64,000 nt of DNA from assembly GCA_030765235.1 (NCBI GenBank), contig JAVCCW010000001.1, forward strand, positions 35,172-99,171, in the 5' to 3' direction. This stretch comes from Candidatus Gorgyraea atricola. Lineage in GTDB: Bacteria; Omnitrophota; Gorgyraeia; Gorgyraeales; Gorgyraeaceae. The notes beneath the pieces are model-generated. The model had not been told where the DNA came from. It searched no databases and worked only from the letters and a program-made list of their open reading frames with translations. This document shows positions 46,267-54,408 of the stretch, one piece after another (position 1 is the first letter of the stretch; each line of letters begins with the position of its first letter). Made by a program: the position numbers and the translations under genes.

Positions 46267-48243
46267 TTAAATAAAAATGCTACATCTTCTATTAGGTCTT
46301 ATTAATTGTTTCATTCTCTTTATTAATTGTATAGCTCTTCCTGAGTTTTGTTCTATCTTGTAAATCAAGTTCGCTGCGGCCTCTGTGAAGCCATCGTAAT
46401 CCAAAAATCTCTTGGCCCAGCATGTATAATCTTTCATATAAGGTTTGAAAGCATAGATATGAAGAAAATTTAAAAGATTTATATTATAATTTACAATGAG
46501 CGTATTATGGACTACGCCAAACCTTAACTCATTAAAGATCGTGATCACATCTCTCTCTTTCAATGGTAAAAGATCTGACTTGCTAATAAATTTCTCCATC
46601 ATGCCTCCATCATCTAACAAATTTATTTCAAAACCTAAGTCTTTACAGAAAAGTTGTTTAGTAATCTTGCTGTTAGATTTTTTTATATTCTTTTTTATTC
46701 CTAATCTCCTCTTCTTTATCCAGGCAATATCAAGTTCTTTAAAGGGTGGGAGTTTATATTGACTAATAATAAAACGTGGGAGGTCAGATCTCTTGGTGCC
46801 TGGAGGCACAATCCACCCATCTAAGCAAATAACCTTTACTGGCTTTAGTTCCCCATTTGTTCCACTATAAAGACGATTTAGCAATAATTTATATATTTCT
46901 TTTTTAAGCCTACGCTTACAATAATCCCGCTCTCCATCTGGATCTACTTTTAAAAAATTACTGATGAGGCGTAGCGATCCAGCATCTGCTCTCTTGATAT
47001 TCATTAGCTTCTTTTTAAAAATTACTTCTCTGTCAGCAATATTACAGGCGTGCATATATTTTAATGTCAAATATAACTCTATATATAAATCTGCTGATTT
47101 TTCGGACATCTTTCCCAATATAGAACTGTCCTCTAGGAGTCCTGGCTTGTATAGCTCGAAATAAAGGTCTCTAAACTTTCCATTCATAGAAGTTTTATTT
47201 ACAGAATCAAAAGGGAACTTTTTCAATATTTTTTTTGACTTATTAAGTCTGTTCCTTATTTCTTCATCAAGTCTAAATCTATAATATCTTCCATCATGTT
47301 TCGACAGAATAATTCCAAGATTCTCAGAAATCTTCTCAACAACTTCTACGATGTATCTCCTCTCAATGTTCGGCAATAGAGATCGCATATCTTGATATGC
47401 CAAAGTGTCGTGCTCGCATAAAAGATCCAGCACCTTTGTCAATACCAAATAAAGATCTGAGCTGGTAGATTGTGGAATCCTTCTCCCTATCTCCTCCATG
47501 ATAAATGTGCCTTTTATGGGGAATTCTTTTGCTGCGAATTTAATCCCTCTTGTTGTCAGCTTATATTTCTTATAACCAGCCTCTATGATATGTCCCTTTT
47601 CCTTTGCTTGTCGTAAAAAATGACCTATCATATTACTGATACCGTTCTCGCTCCTGGTATCTATCCCATTTCCAATAACTGTCTTGTACAACACTAATGG
47701 ATCCTGCTTTGAAAATGCTACTTCTTTCCCTATAAAAAAACACACCTTAAGTACATTTATATAGTCCAGTGCACTGATGCGATGTCTATTTTCTAAAATG
47801 TCTGCATGTTCTTTTAATTCATTAAAAATTCTGAGAAACTCCTTTGCATCATCAGTCAGCTTGTACATATCTCCTATTTTCTCAAGACAGCCCTGCCTAA
47901 CTCCTCGTTTTAGATGTTGATAAGCTCCAGCTATAGAAATTTCTTTACCTTTAGTGAGCGTATTAAACGCATCTTGATACGCCTTAGTCGTAAAGGCCTT
48001 TCTCGAAAGAACTTTCGCTTCGAAGATCACATGAAGCAAGCTAAAAGTTTCGATTCTTGGATTTACTAGTCCCTTATCAAGCGTGAGGGTATTATTTGAA
48101 GCTGCGTTTACCTCCTGGCAACCTTTTCCAATCCTAGGAGATCCCCCACAAAGCGGATTGCGCAGACTCTGTGCATAGATTGGCTGGTGGGTTAAGATAA
48201 CTATTAATATTAGAGTTGAGATGAGTTTTTTAAAGTTCTTCAT
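46267..48243 (-). CDS. Signal-like leader + LRNPL protein with about three winged-HTH-like domains
   Basis: AYQHLKRGVRQGCLEKIGDMYKLT and FLRQAKEKGHIIEAGYKKYKLT; paralogous to 38103-39950 and 40054-42648. Confidence 0.72.
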   Translation of the reverse strand: MKNFKKLISTLILIVILTHQPIYAQSLRNPLCGGSPRIGKGCQEVNAASNNTLTLDKGLVNPRIETFSLLHVIFEAKVLSRKAFTTKAYQDAFNTLTKGKEISIAGAYQHLKRGVRQGCLEKIGDMYKLTDDAKEFLRIFNELKEHADILENRHRISALDYINVLKVCFFIGKEVAFSKQDPLVLYKTVIGNGIDTRSENGISNMIGHFLRQAKEKGHIIEAGYKKYKLTTRGIKFAAKEFPIKGTFIMEEIGRRIPQSTSSDLYLVLTKVLDLLCEHDTLAYQDMRSLLPNIERRYIVEVVEKISENLGIILSKHDGRYYRFRLDEEIRNRLNKSKKILKKFPFDSVNKTSMNGKFRDLYFELYKPGLLEDSSILGKMSEKSADLYIELYLTLKYMHACNIADREVIFKKKLMNIKRADAGSLRLISNFLKVDPDGERDYCKRRLKKEIYKLLLNRLYSGTNGELKPVKVICLDGWIVPPGTKRSDLPRFIISQYKLPPFKELDIAWIKKRRLGIKKNIKKSNSKITKQLFCKDLGFEINLLDDGGMMEKFISKSDLLPLKERDVITIFNELRFGVVHNTLIVNYNINLLNFLHIYAFKPYMKDYTCWAKRFLDYDGFTEAAANLIYKIEQNSGRAIQLIKRMKQLIRPNRRCSIFI

Positions 48244-48254
48244 AATCTACAAAC

Positions 48255-48288
48255 AAAAAAGCCGAGCTGTCAGATAAGACAACGCGGC
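48255..48288 (-). terminator. Intrinsic terminator inside the 5' leader of the HTH/sigma gene cluster
   Basis: Minus strand gccgcgttgtc-ttatct-gacagctcggc-tttttt, 11 nt before the ATG. Confidence 0.7.
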
Positions 48289-48363
48289 CTTGTAAGCTTG
48301 TCAGGATCCACGGTTTACTTTATCCAGACGCTCCTTATATGCTATTATAATAGATTTATAAAC

Positions 48364-48392
48364 ATTTTAACACAAGCCCCTAATAATGTCAA
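48364..48392 (-). promoter_or_regulatory. Sigma70 promoter of the HTH/sigma cluster
   Basis: TTGACA-17 nt-TAAAAT with extended -10 TG. Confidence 0.75.
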
Positions 48393-48401
48393 TAACAATC
48401 C

Positions 48402-48444
48402 CTAAAGTAGACAAAACAGTCACTGACGGATTTGTCTACTTTAG
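48402..48444. repeat. 43-bp GTAG-type REP-like palindrome, copy 1
   Basis: ctaaagtagacaaaacagtcactgacggatttgtctactttag; one mismatch to the reverse complement of 58521-58563. Confidence 0.92.
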
Positions 48445-49706
48445 CGCCAGGTTAGGTAGAGGAAGATGTAGGCAGATGTGACTGCGGCTAGAGTGAATGG
48501 TAGGCCGATCTTGAAAAATTCGCCAAATGAGACCTTGTATCCCCTGTCTCTGAGCATGCCCATTGACACAATGTTGGCTGAGGCGCCTATAGGGGTTATA
48601 TTACCGCCTAATGTAGCGCCTATTAATAAGCCGAATAGGAATAGCTCTGGCCTTGCGCCTGTATTGAGCGCAAGGATATTGGCAACAGGTATCATTGCTA
48701 TAACATAGGGAATATTATCAATAAAAGCAGAGCATAAGACTGAGATCCATACGATTAGAGTAAATGTCAGGAAGATATTGCCGCCTGTTAGGCCTGATAT
48801 AAATCCTGCGATATCCTGGATTACACCTACATGAGAAAGCGCTCCTATAAGAACAAAGACGCCTATTAAAAAGAAAAATGTGCGCCAGTCTATGTTCTTC
48901 GTGAAAGAAAAATGTTCTTTTGCAAAAAACTTATGCCATAAAAGGCCAATAGCGCCAAAGAATAGACATATAAGCGCGATACTGTAATAAGGCTTATTCT
49001 GGATAAAACTTGATGCACCAAGTGAAAGAATCATGAGCGTCATTAAAATGGTGGGCACCCATGTCTTGATCTTTATCTCTTCTATCTTCTGGACACCCTG
49101 TTTGTATTTCCTGAAAAGTAGGTATAACACTATGAATGAGGCAATGGCGCCTATTTCGACTGCGAATGCAATGCCAGGCCTTCCTTTCATCCAGAAAAAG
49201 TCCATGAAGTTCATGCGGTGAGACATGGCTAAGATTATACTGGGTGAATCGCCTATCATTGTGGCTGAACCCTGGAGATTTGAGCTTATGGCTATGCCTA
49301 TTAAGAAAGGAATGGGATTTGCTTTTAATTTTTTTGCAACCTCAAAGGCGATTGGCGCTACTATCAGAATAGTTGCTACATTTTCTGTAAAGCTGGATAT
49401 AAAACCGGCCAGGAGACACAAAAATAAAATTGCCGCGCCAACATTTTTTGACTTTCCAACAAGCCGCGATGCCAGAAATCCAGGCACATTGGAATAGATA
49501 AACAGGCCCGAGAGTATCATTGTGCCGAGAAATACGCCAAGCACATTGAAATTTATGCTTAAAAATGCGTCCTTTACGCTAATCGCCTGGAAGACTAAAA
49601 GAATCGCGATACCGCTAAATACTGACACCAGGGGGTTAAGCTTGCGATTAAATAAAATTATCGTAAGATAGGTAAGCAAAAATGTAACTATTACAAAAAT
49701 CTTCAT
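48441..49706 (-). CDS. ArsB/NhaD/SLC13-type ion transporter
   Basis: About 11 TM segments; SNLQG.ATMIGD.P, SAFIDNIP and LGGNITPIGASAN motifs. Confidence 0.88.
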   Translation of the reverse strand: MKIFVIVTFLLTYLTIILFNRKLNPLVSVFSGIAILLVFQAISVKDAFLSINFNVLGVFLGTMILSGLFIYSNVPGFLASRLVGKSKNVGAAILFLCLLAGFISSFTENVATILIVAPIAFEVAKKLKANPIPFLIGIAISSNLQGSATMIGDSPSIILAMSHRMNFMDFFWMKGRPGIAFAVEIGAIASFIVLYLLFRKYKQGVQKIEEIKIKTWVPTILMTLMILSLGASSFIQNKPYYSIALICLFFGAIGLLWHKFFAKEHFSFTKNIDWRTFFFLIGVFVLIGALSHVGVIQDIAGFISGLTGGNIFLTFTLIVWISVLCSAFIDNIPYVIAMIPVANILALNTGARPELFLFGLLIGATLGGNITPIGASANIVSMGMLRDRGYKVSFGEFFKIGLPFTLAAVTSAYIFLYLTWR

Positions 49707-50320
49707 CTTACGCTGCTCCTTAAAAAATATGTCAATCTCTCCATTTCCATTGAGAGATCCACATTTAATACCTCTATATCTTTTGGCGCCTTGGGCCTGA
49801 TAGGCGCGAAATTAAAGATAGCCTTTATGCCTGAGGAAATCAACTCATCAATAGCTCCCTGCGCGACCTCCTGCGGCACAGCTACAATAGCCATATTAAT
49901 ATCTTTAGACTTTATAATTTTGCCCAGATCTCTTATATCTTTTATTTTAACACCTTCTTTTACCTTGTTCACCTTTTTTTTATCATTATCAAACGCGTAT
50001 TGTATATTAAAACCCTGGCTCTTAAACCCTTTGTATGCCAAAAGCGCAGAGCCCAGATTCCCAACCCCTACAAGCACAACATCCCAGGTCCTGTCTATGC
50101 CAAGTATCTTTTTTAATTCTAGCTTTAATGCCTCAGTGTTGTAGCCGCTTCCAGGTCTTCCGAACTGGCCAAAATACGTAAGGTCTTTCCTGATCTGCGC
50201 AGCACTACATTCTGTGAGAGTGGCTAATTCCTGAGAGGATATTATAGGCGTGTCTTTTAGCGATAGAAGCGCTCTGTAATAAAGCGCTATTCTTGGAATG
50301 CTGGATGACGGGATTTTCAA
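49703..50320 (-). CDS. rex: Redox-sensing transcriptional repressor
   Basis: R..LYYR, QIRKDL.YFGQFG..G.GY, VGVGNLG.AL and NFAP motifs. Confidence 0.95.
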   Translation of the reverse strand: MKIPSSSIPRIALYYRALLSLKDTPIISSQELATLTECSAAQIRKDLTYFGQFGRPGSGYNTEALKLELKKILGIDRTWDVVLVGVGNLGSALLAYKGFKSQGFNIQYAFDNDKKKVNKVKEGVKIKDIRDLGKIIKSKDINMAIVAVPQEVAQGAIDELISSGIKAIFNFAPIRPKAPKDIEVLNVDLSMEMERLTYFLRSSVR

Positions 50321-50538
50321 TCCACTGCCTCTACTTTTTCAATTTCCGGTACGTCTTTTTTTAATGCCTTTTCAACGCCTTGCTTCAAGGTTATCTGCGA
50401 CATAGGACAGCCCATGCACGCGCCTTTTAACCTTACCTTTACTACATTATCCACTATGTCGACTAACTCAATATCTCCGCCATCGCGCTGCAGGAATGGT
50501 CTTATCTTCTCTATTGCCTTCTCAACTTTTTCTCGCAT
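50317..50538 (-). CDS. NifU C-terminal (Nfu) domain protein
   Basis: IRPFLQRDGGDIELV and GACMGCPMS motifs. Confidence 0.93.
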   Translation of the reverse strand: MREKVEKAIEKIRPFLQRDGGDIELVDIVDNVVKVRLKGACMGCPMSQITLKQGVEKALKKDVPEIEKVEAVD

Positions 50539-50597
50539 AACAGCTCCTTTTTGGCTGGTTACAGAAGGTACAAAATTCTAAGTTTTTTGTACCTCGT

Positions 50598-50635
50598 GTA
50601 CCCACATTATCCACATTATCCACAGGTTATCAACA
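50598..50635. promoter_or_regulatory. Tandem DnaA-box cluster
   Basis: TTATCCACA at 50607 and 50616, TTATCAACA at 50627, degenerate GTACCCACA at 50598. Confidence 0.6.
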
Positions 50636-50640
50636 ATCCT

Positions 50641-51846
50641 CTATTCTATTGGCCGCTCTTTCAAGGACTTAAAGGTAACTCCGCTCTCTGCCCCTGGTAT
50701 GGGTGCAACTGGCTCTGTTAAAAGGAAATCGCCTTTCTTAATCCACGTCTTAAGAGTCTCAGCGATCTCCACTGCCTTTGGATAACTGGAGAGTGCGCCT
50801 GTTGGCACATCTTTGCCTTTAACTTTTATTGTACCGCTTTTAAGCTGAGTATAGTTTACTTCACCCAGGCTCCCTGGTTTACAATTCGGATATGCATCGC
50901 TATAGTCAACTATCTGTGTCCAGATCTCCTCATCCTTTATTGCTGTGAATTTGCAGATTTCTTCATTCAATATAGGGATAGGTAAACCTATGCCTACAGT
51001 TAGCGTAACGCCATACCCCTGAAATGTCGTACCCACCAAATACTCCGGAGACATGCCTTTTAAATCACCTATTACAGCTAAGGTGCCTGCTGGTGCCTGT
51101 GGGATACCTGTTGCTTTACGCTTTACTGTAGGTGCATGCTGTGTGCCCTGCCAGGCAATATAACCTTCTCCGCCTCCAAGAAAGATCTTTGTACCAATAC
51201 CCAGAGTCTTGTAATGCGGATCGTTCAAGAGAGGTGAAAGCTGACCTGCTGAGCAATAATAGGCATTCCCGAGCTGTGGACGCAAACTACCCATGTAAGT
51301 GTAAATCATCCTGTCAGAAAGATTCACTGCACAGTTATAATTCTGATAGACATTTCTCATGTTAAAAAGCACTGCCTCGTTCAGGTCTTTTATGTTTATC
51401 AGGGTGTCAAGTTTCTTACGCGGATAACAATCTGTGCCATACGCGGTAGCAGAAAGTTTAACATCTTTTCCTGCAACAAGTTCCTGTATCACATGGGCAC
51501 CACCATATTTAAACTCGCCTGGATAGACTTTGTTCTGAGGGTCGTCGTCTGGCAATGCTGTTGCCCCGAGAAATACATCAACAGCTGCAAAGCCTGTATA
51601 GAGTGGCACATCATTCAGGGTAGTTTTGCCTCCGCCGAGTTTTATCCTGGGCTTTGCATGACCTATATTAAAATACGCGCCTGAAGAGCACATAGGGCCG
51701 AACGTACCAGTGGTCACAACATCCACGCGCTCAGCTGTCTTTTTTAAACCATCTTTTTCCACAAGGTCGATTATCTCCTCAGCTGTAACCACTACAGCCT
51801 GACCTTTTTTTATCTTTTCATTGATTTCTTTAATCGTCTTCGCCAT
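50641..51846 (-). CDS. L-aspartate semialdehyde sulfurtransferase-like homocysteine biosynthesis protein (DUF39)
   Basis: KTI.EINEKI..G.AVVVTAEE, VDVVTTGTFGPMCSSG, YGTDCYPR and GQLSPL.NDP motifs. Confidence 0.88.
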   Translation of the reverse strand: MAKTIKEINEKIKKGQAVVVTAEEIIDLVEKDGLKKTAERVDVVTTGTFGPMCSSGAYFNIGHAKPRIKLGGGKTTLNDVPLYTGFAAVDVFLGATALPDDDPQNKVYPGEFKYGGAHVIQELVAGKDVKLSATAYGTDCYPRKKLDTLINIKDLNEAVLFNMRNVYQNYNCAVNLSDRMIYTYMGSLRPQLGNAYYCSAGQLSPLLNDPHYKTLGIGTKIFLGGGEGYIAWQGTQHAPTVKRKATGIPQAPAGTLAVIGDLKGMSPEYLVGTTFQGYGVTLTVGIGLPIPILNEEICKFTAIKDEEIWTQIVDYSDAYPNCKPGSLGEVNYTQLKSGTIKVKGKDVPTGALSSYPKAVEIAETLKTWIKKGDFLLTEPVAPIPGAESGVTFKSLKERPIE

Positions 51847-51886
51847 CTTAGACCTCCGTCTTTTTTATTGTAATAAATTATTAAAA

Positions 51887-52813
51887 TTAGTCTATAAATA
51901 AGTCTGTGCTTATATACCTTTCTCCTGTGTCTGGCAATATAACCACTATGACTTTACCTTTATTCTCTGGGCGCTTTCCCATCTCAAGCGCTGCATGCAA
52001 TGCTGCTCCGCTTGAAATTCCTGCGAGTATACCTTCTGCTTTTGTCAGAGTTCTTGCTGCGGAAAATGCATCTTCGTTTTTAACCTTAATTACCTCGTCT
52101 ATTAAACCCTTATCCAATACATCTGGTATAAAACCAGCGCCTATTCCCTGAATCTTATGCGGCCCTGAACTGCCGCCTGAAATAACAGGTGAATCATATG
52201 GCTCAACAGCCACGACTTTAAAATCCTTTTTTCTCTGCTTAATTACCTGGCCAATTCCTGTCAGCGTGCCCCCTGTTCCTACGCCGCTCACCAATATATC
52301 TACATTTCCATCTGTGTCATTCCAGATCTCCTCTGCAGTAGTCTCTCTATGGATCTTTGGATTCGCAGGGTTCTTAAATTGCTGCGGGATGAATGCGCCT
52401 TTGGTTTTAGCAGCAAGATCTTCTGCTTTCTCTATCGCGCCTTTCATGCCCTTATCGCCCGGGGTCAGTATTATTTCAGCGCCGAATAATTTCAAGAGCT
52501 GGCGCCGTTCAACACTCATTGTGTCAGGCATGGTAATAATGAGCTTGTAACCCCTGGCTGCTGCAACAAATGCAAGGCCGATTCCAGTGTTTCCACTTGT
52601 GGGTTCAATTATTGTAGCGCCTGGTTTCAGGAGGCCTTTTTCTTCGGCATCCTTTATCATAGAAAATCCGATTCTATCCTTTACGCTTCCTGCAGGATTA
52701 AATGACTCGATCTTGGCTAAGATTTCAGCCACGGAATCCTTTGTGATCTTATTTAATCTAACAAGAGGCGTATTCCCGATAGTTTCAGTGATGCTATTAT
52801 AGATTTTTGACAT
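51887..52813 (-). CDS. cysK: Cysteine synthase A
   Basis: [32 protein letters not shown] and [10 protein letters not shown] motifs. Confidence 0.96.
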   Translation of the reverse strand: MSKIYNSITETIGNTPLVRLNKITKDSVAEILAKIESFNPAGSVKDRIGFSMIKDAEEKGLLKPGATIIEPTSGNTGIGLAFVAAARGYKLIITMPDTMSVERRQLLKLFGAEIILTPGDKGMKGAIEKAEDLAAKTKGAFIPQQFKNPANPKIHRETTAEEIWNDTDGNVDILVSGVGTGGTLTGIGQVIKQRKKDFKVVAVEPYDSPVISGGSSGPHKIQGIGAGFIPDVLDKGLIDEVIKVKNEDAFSAARTLTKAEGILAGISSGAALHAALEMGKRPENKGKVIVVILPDTGERYISTDLFID

Positions 52814-52828
52814 GAGATAGGCTCCTTT

Positions 52829-53281
52829 TTAAATGCTATATGTTAAAGGTGCTTTTTCTTTTTTCTTTGCCTCAGCCCTTCTAACTAGCTCAGCAAAAGT
52901 AATAGTGTCTACGATCAAAGACGTTGCTGTATAAATCTGGTTCCATATATCCTTAAATATACAATCTCTAAAATCCTTACATTCTTCGTATTTCTTTTTC
53001 CCAGAACATGCAATAGGCTCTATAGGCCCTTCGAGAAATCTAATCACCTCTCCTATTGTAATCCCTTCAGGCGGCTTGGCTAACAAATAGCCTCCACTTA
53101 CGCCGCGCTTACTATCTACAAAGCCGCCTTTTTTTAAAGTCAAAAGTACCTGTTCTAAAAATTTATCTGGTATGTCGCCTTTCTTAGCAAGTTCCTGTAT
53201 TGAAACAACACCTTTATTATAATTAAGCGCGAGTTCAAGCATGGTCTTTAATGCATAATCACCTTTATAGCTAACCTTCAT
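52829..53281 (-). CDS. Rrf2 family transcriptional regulator (CymR/IscR-like)
   Basis: KGDYAL, FLEQVL..LKK.G.V.SKRG..GGYLLAK.P..IT motif. Confidence 0.92.
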   Translation of the reverse strand: MKVSYKGDYALKTMLELALNYNKGVVSIQELAKKGDIPDKFLEQVLLTLKKGGFVDSKRGVSGGYLLAKPPEGITIGEVIRFLEGPIEPIACSGKKKYEECKDFRDCIFKDIWNQIYTATSLIVDTITFAELVRRAEAKKKEKAPLTYSI

Positions 53282-53301
53282 TCAGCACCTCCTAATCTCT
53301 A

Positions 53302-53352
53302 TAATCTTGATTGACTTAGTAGAGATTATACCACAATCTCTTTTTCTGTCAA
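53302..53352 (-). promoter_or_regulatory. Promoter with an overlapping candidate Rrf2 operator
   Basis: TTGACA-16-TATAAT with TG; imperfect palindrome taatct...agatta at 53302-53328 over the expected +1. Confidence 0.6.
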
Positions 53353-53362
53353 GTCTTTTTTT

Positions 53363-53407
53363 CAAGGCGAAACCTCCGCCATGTTACATGGCGGAGGTTT
53401 CGCCTTG
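53363..53407. repeat. Perfect palindrome with 22-bp arms
   Basis: caaggcgaaacctccgccatgt-t-acatggcggaggtttcgccttg. Confidence 0.9.
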
Positions 53408-53409
53408 GC

Positions 53410-54408
53410 CTAAAGCCTGAGGCTTGAGAACGTGGGGTCAGGGGCTGCTTGGACAAGGATTGATTTTAATTCCTGGGATGGGAGGGTTTTATAGGAGACT
53501 TTTACAGCATGTGAATTAGCATCTGAATATCTGGCAACAATAGAAGATGCAAGAGTGATGGCTTCTTCTGTAACACTACCACGTAATAAGCCAATCGGGC
53601 TGGGGATGTCTATTACGTCAAAGATATGGTCGCCTGGCTGGCTAAATGAAAGAAGTGTCTCGTTTTCTTTTTCATTGCGGCCAACGAATAGCTTAGACTT
53701 GGCATTTATCCTGAATTGCCTGCCGGTTTTTAAGATATGGAGATCGCTAAGGTCGTAATTGGGTTTATATTTTAAAAGATCCTTTAGCCTATTGGAAAAA
53801 CCCTTGTCTGTTAAAAGACATCCTCCTGCAGGGCATGGATAATCGCTTATTCCTAATTCTTCTGCAAGAGATATCTGCTTTACGCGCATTCTGCCCTGGA
53901 TATCCAAGAGTTTTTCTCTATCCACAACCCCCTCTTTCTCTGGCAGGGTTGTCTCAAATAATTTTGCAGAGAGCGGTCTGAGGATCAAACCTTTTAGCCC
54001 TGATTCTTTTTCTATCAGTTCTATCGCATGCCTTCTCTGTGACATGGGCCTTTGTCCGAGCACCTCTCCTGTTATGATAAAAGACGCGCCTATCTCGTCC
54101 ATAAAAGCCTTGGCTTTTTTAAATGTAAAGATCCTGCAATCAATACAGGGGTTCATGGCCCTTCCGCGGCCATGTTTGGGATTTTTCACGACCTCCATAT
54201 ATTCGCTCGTGACATTCATTACCTTTAAAGGCACACCTAATTCCTTTGCTGCTTTTGTAGCCTGGTGCATACAGCCTTTAGATGTACACGTGCAGAATAT
54301 AGTCAGGAAATTAAGTGCATGCACTTCTACATCCTGCTCAAGCATGAGCTTTATAGCAAGCATGCTATCTAATCCGCCGGAGAATAATGCAACTGCTTTC
54401 TTATTCAT
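53410..54408 (-). CDS. ThiI/MnmA-like PP-loop tRNA thiolation protein with DUF814-like C-terminus
   Basis: SGGLDS, NPCIDCR, TGEVLGQRPMSQ, PAGGCLLT and VGRN..EN motifs. Confidence 0.85.
   Translation of the reverse strand: MNKKAVALFSGGLDSMLAIKLMLEQDVEVHALNFLTIFCTCTSKGCMHQATKAAKELGVPLKVMNVTSEYMEVVKNPKHGRGRAMNPCIDCRIFTFKKAKAFMDEIGASFIITGEVLGQRPMSQRRHAIELIEKESGLKGLILRPLSAKLFETTLPEKEGVVDREKLLDIQGRMRVKQISLAEELGISDYPCPAGGCLLTDKGFSNRLKDLLKYKPNYDLSDLHILKTGRQFRINAKSKLFVGRNEKENETLLSFSQPGDHIFDVIDIPSPIGLLRGSVTEEAITLASSIVARYSDANSHAVKVSYKTLPSQELKSILVQAAPDPTFSSLRL

Noticed and set aside
5380-48243. Shared C-terminal secretion motif among the seven leader-bearing proteins
   Set aside because: The ends (MGDL, RDQL, DSSM, LTDI, RKCL, EVCP, SIFI) share only a mostly hydrophobic last residue, which is too weak.
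38103-48243. Prophage or transposon origin of the HTH cluster
   Set aside because: No integrase, transposase, structural genes or att-like flanking repeats are visible.
50598-50635. Replication origin
   Set aside because: Only about 100 bp intergenic, no clear AT-rich unwinding element or dnaA/dnaN nearby, and gene orientation does not switch.
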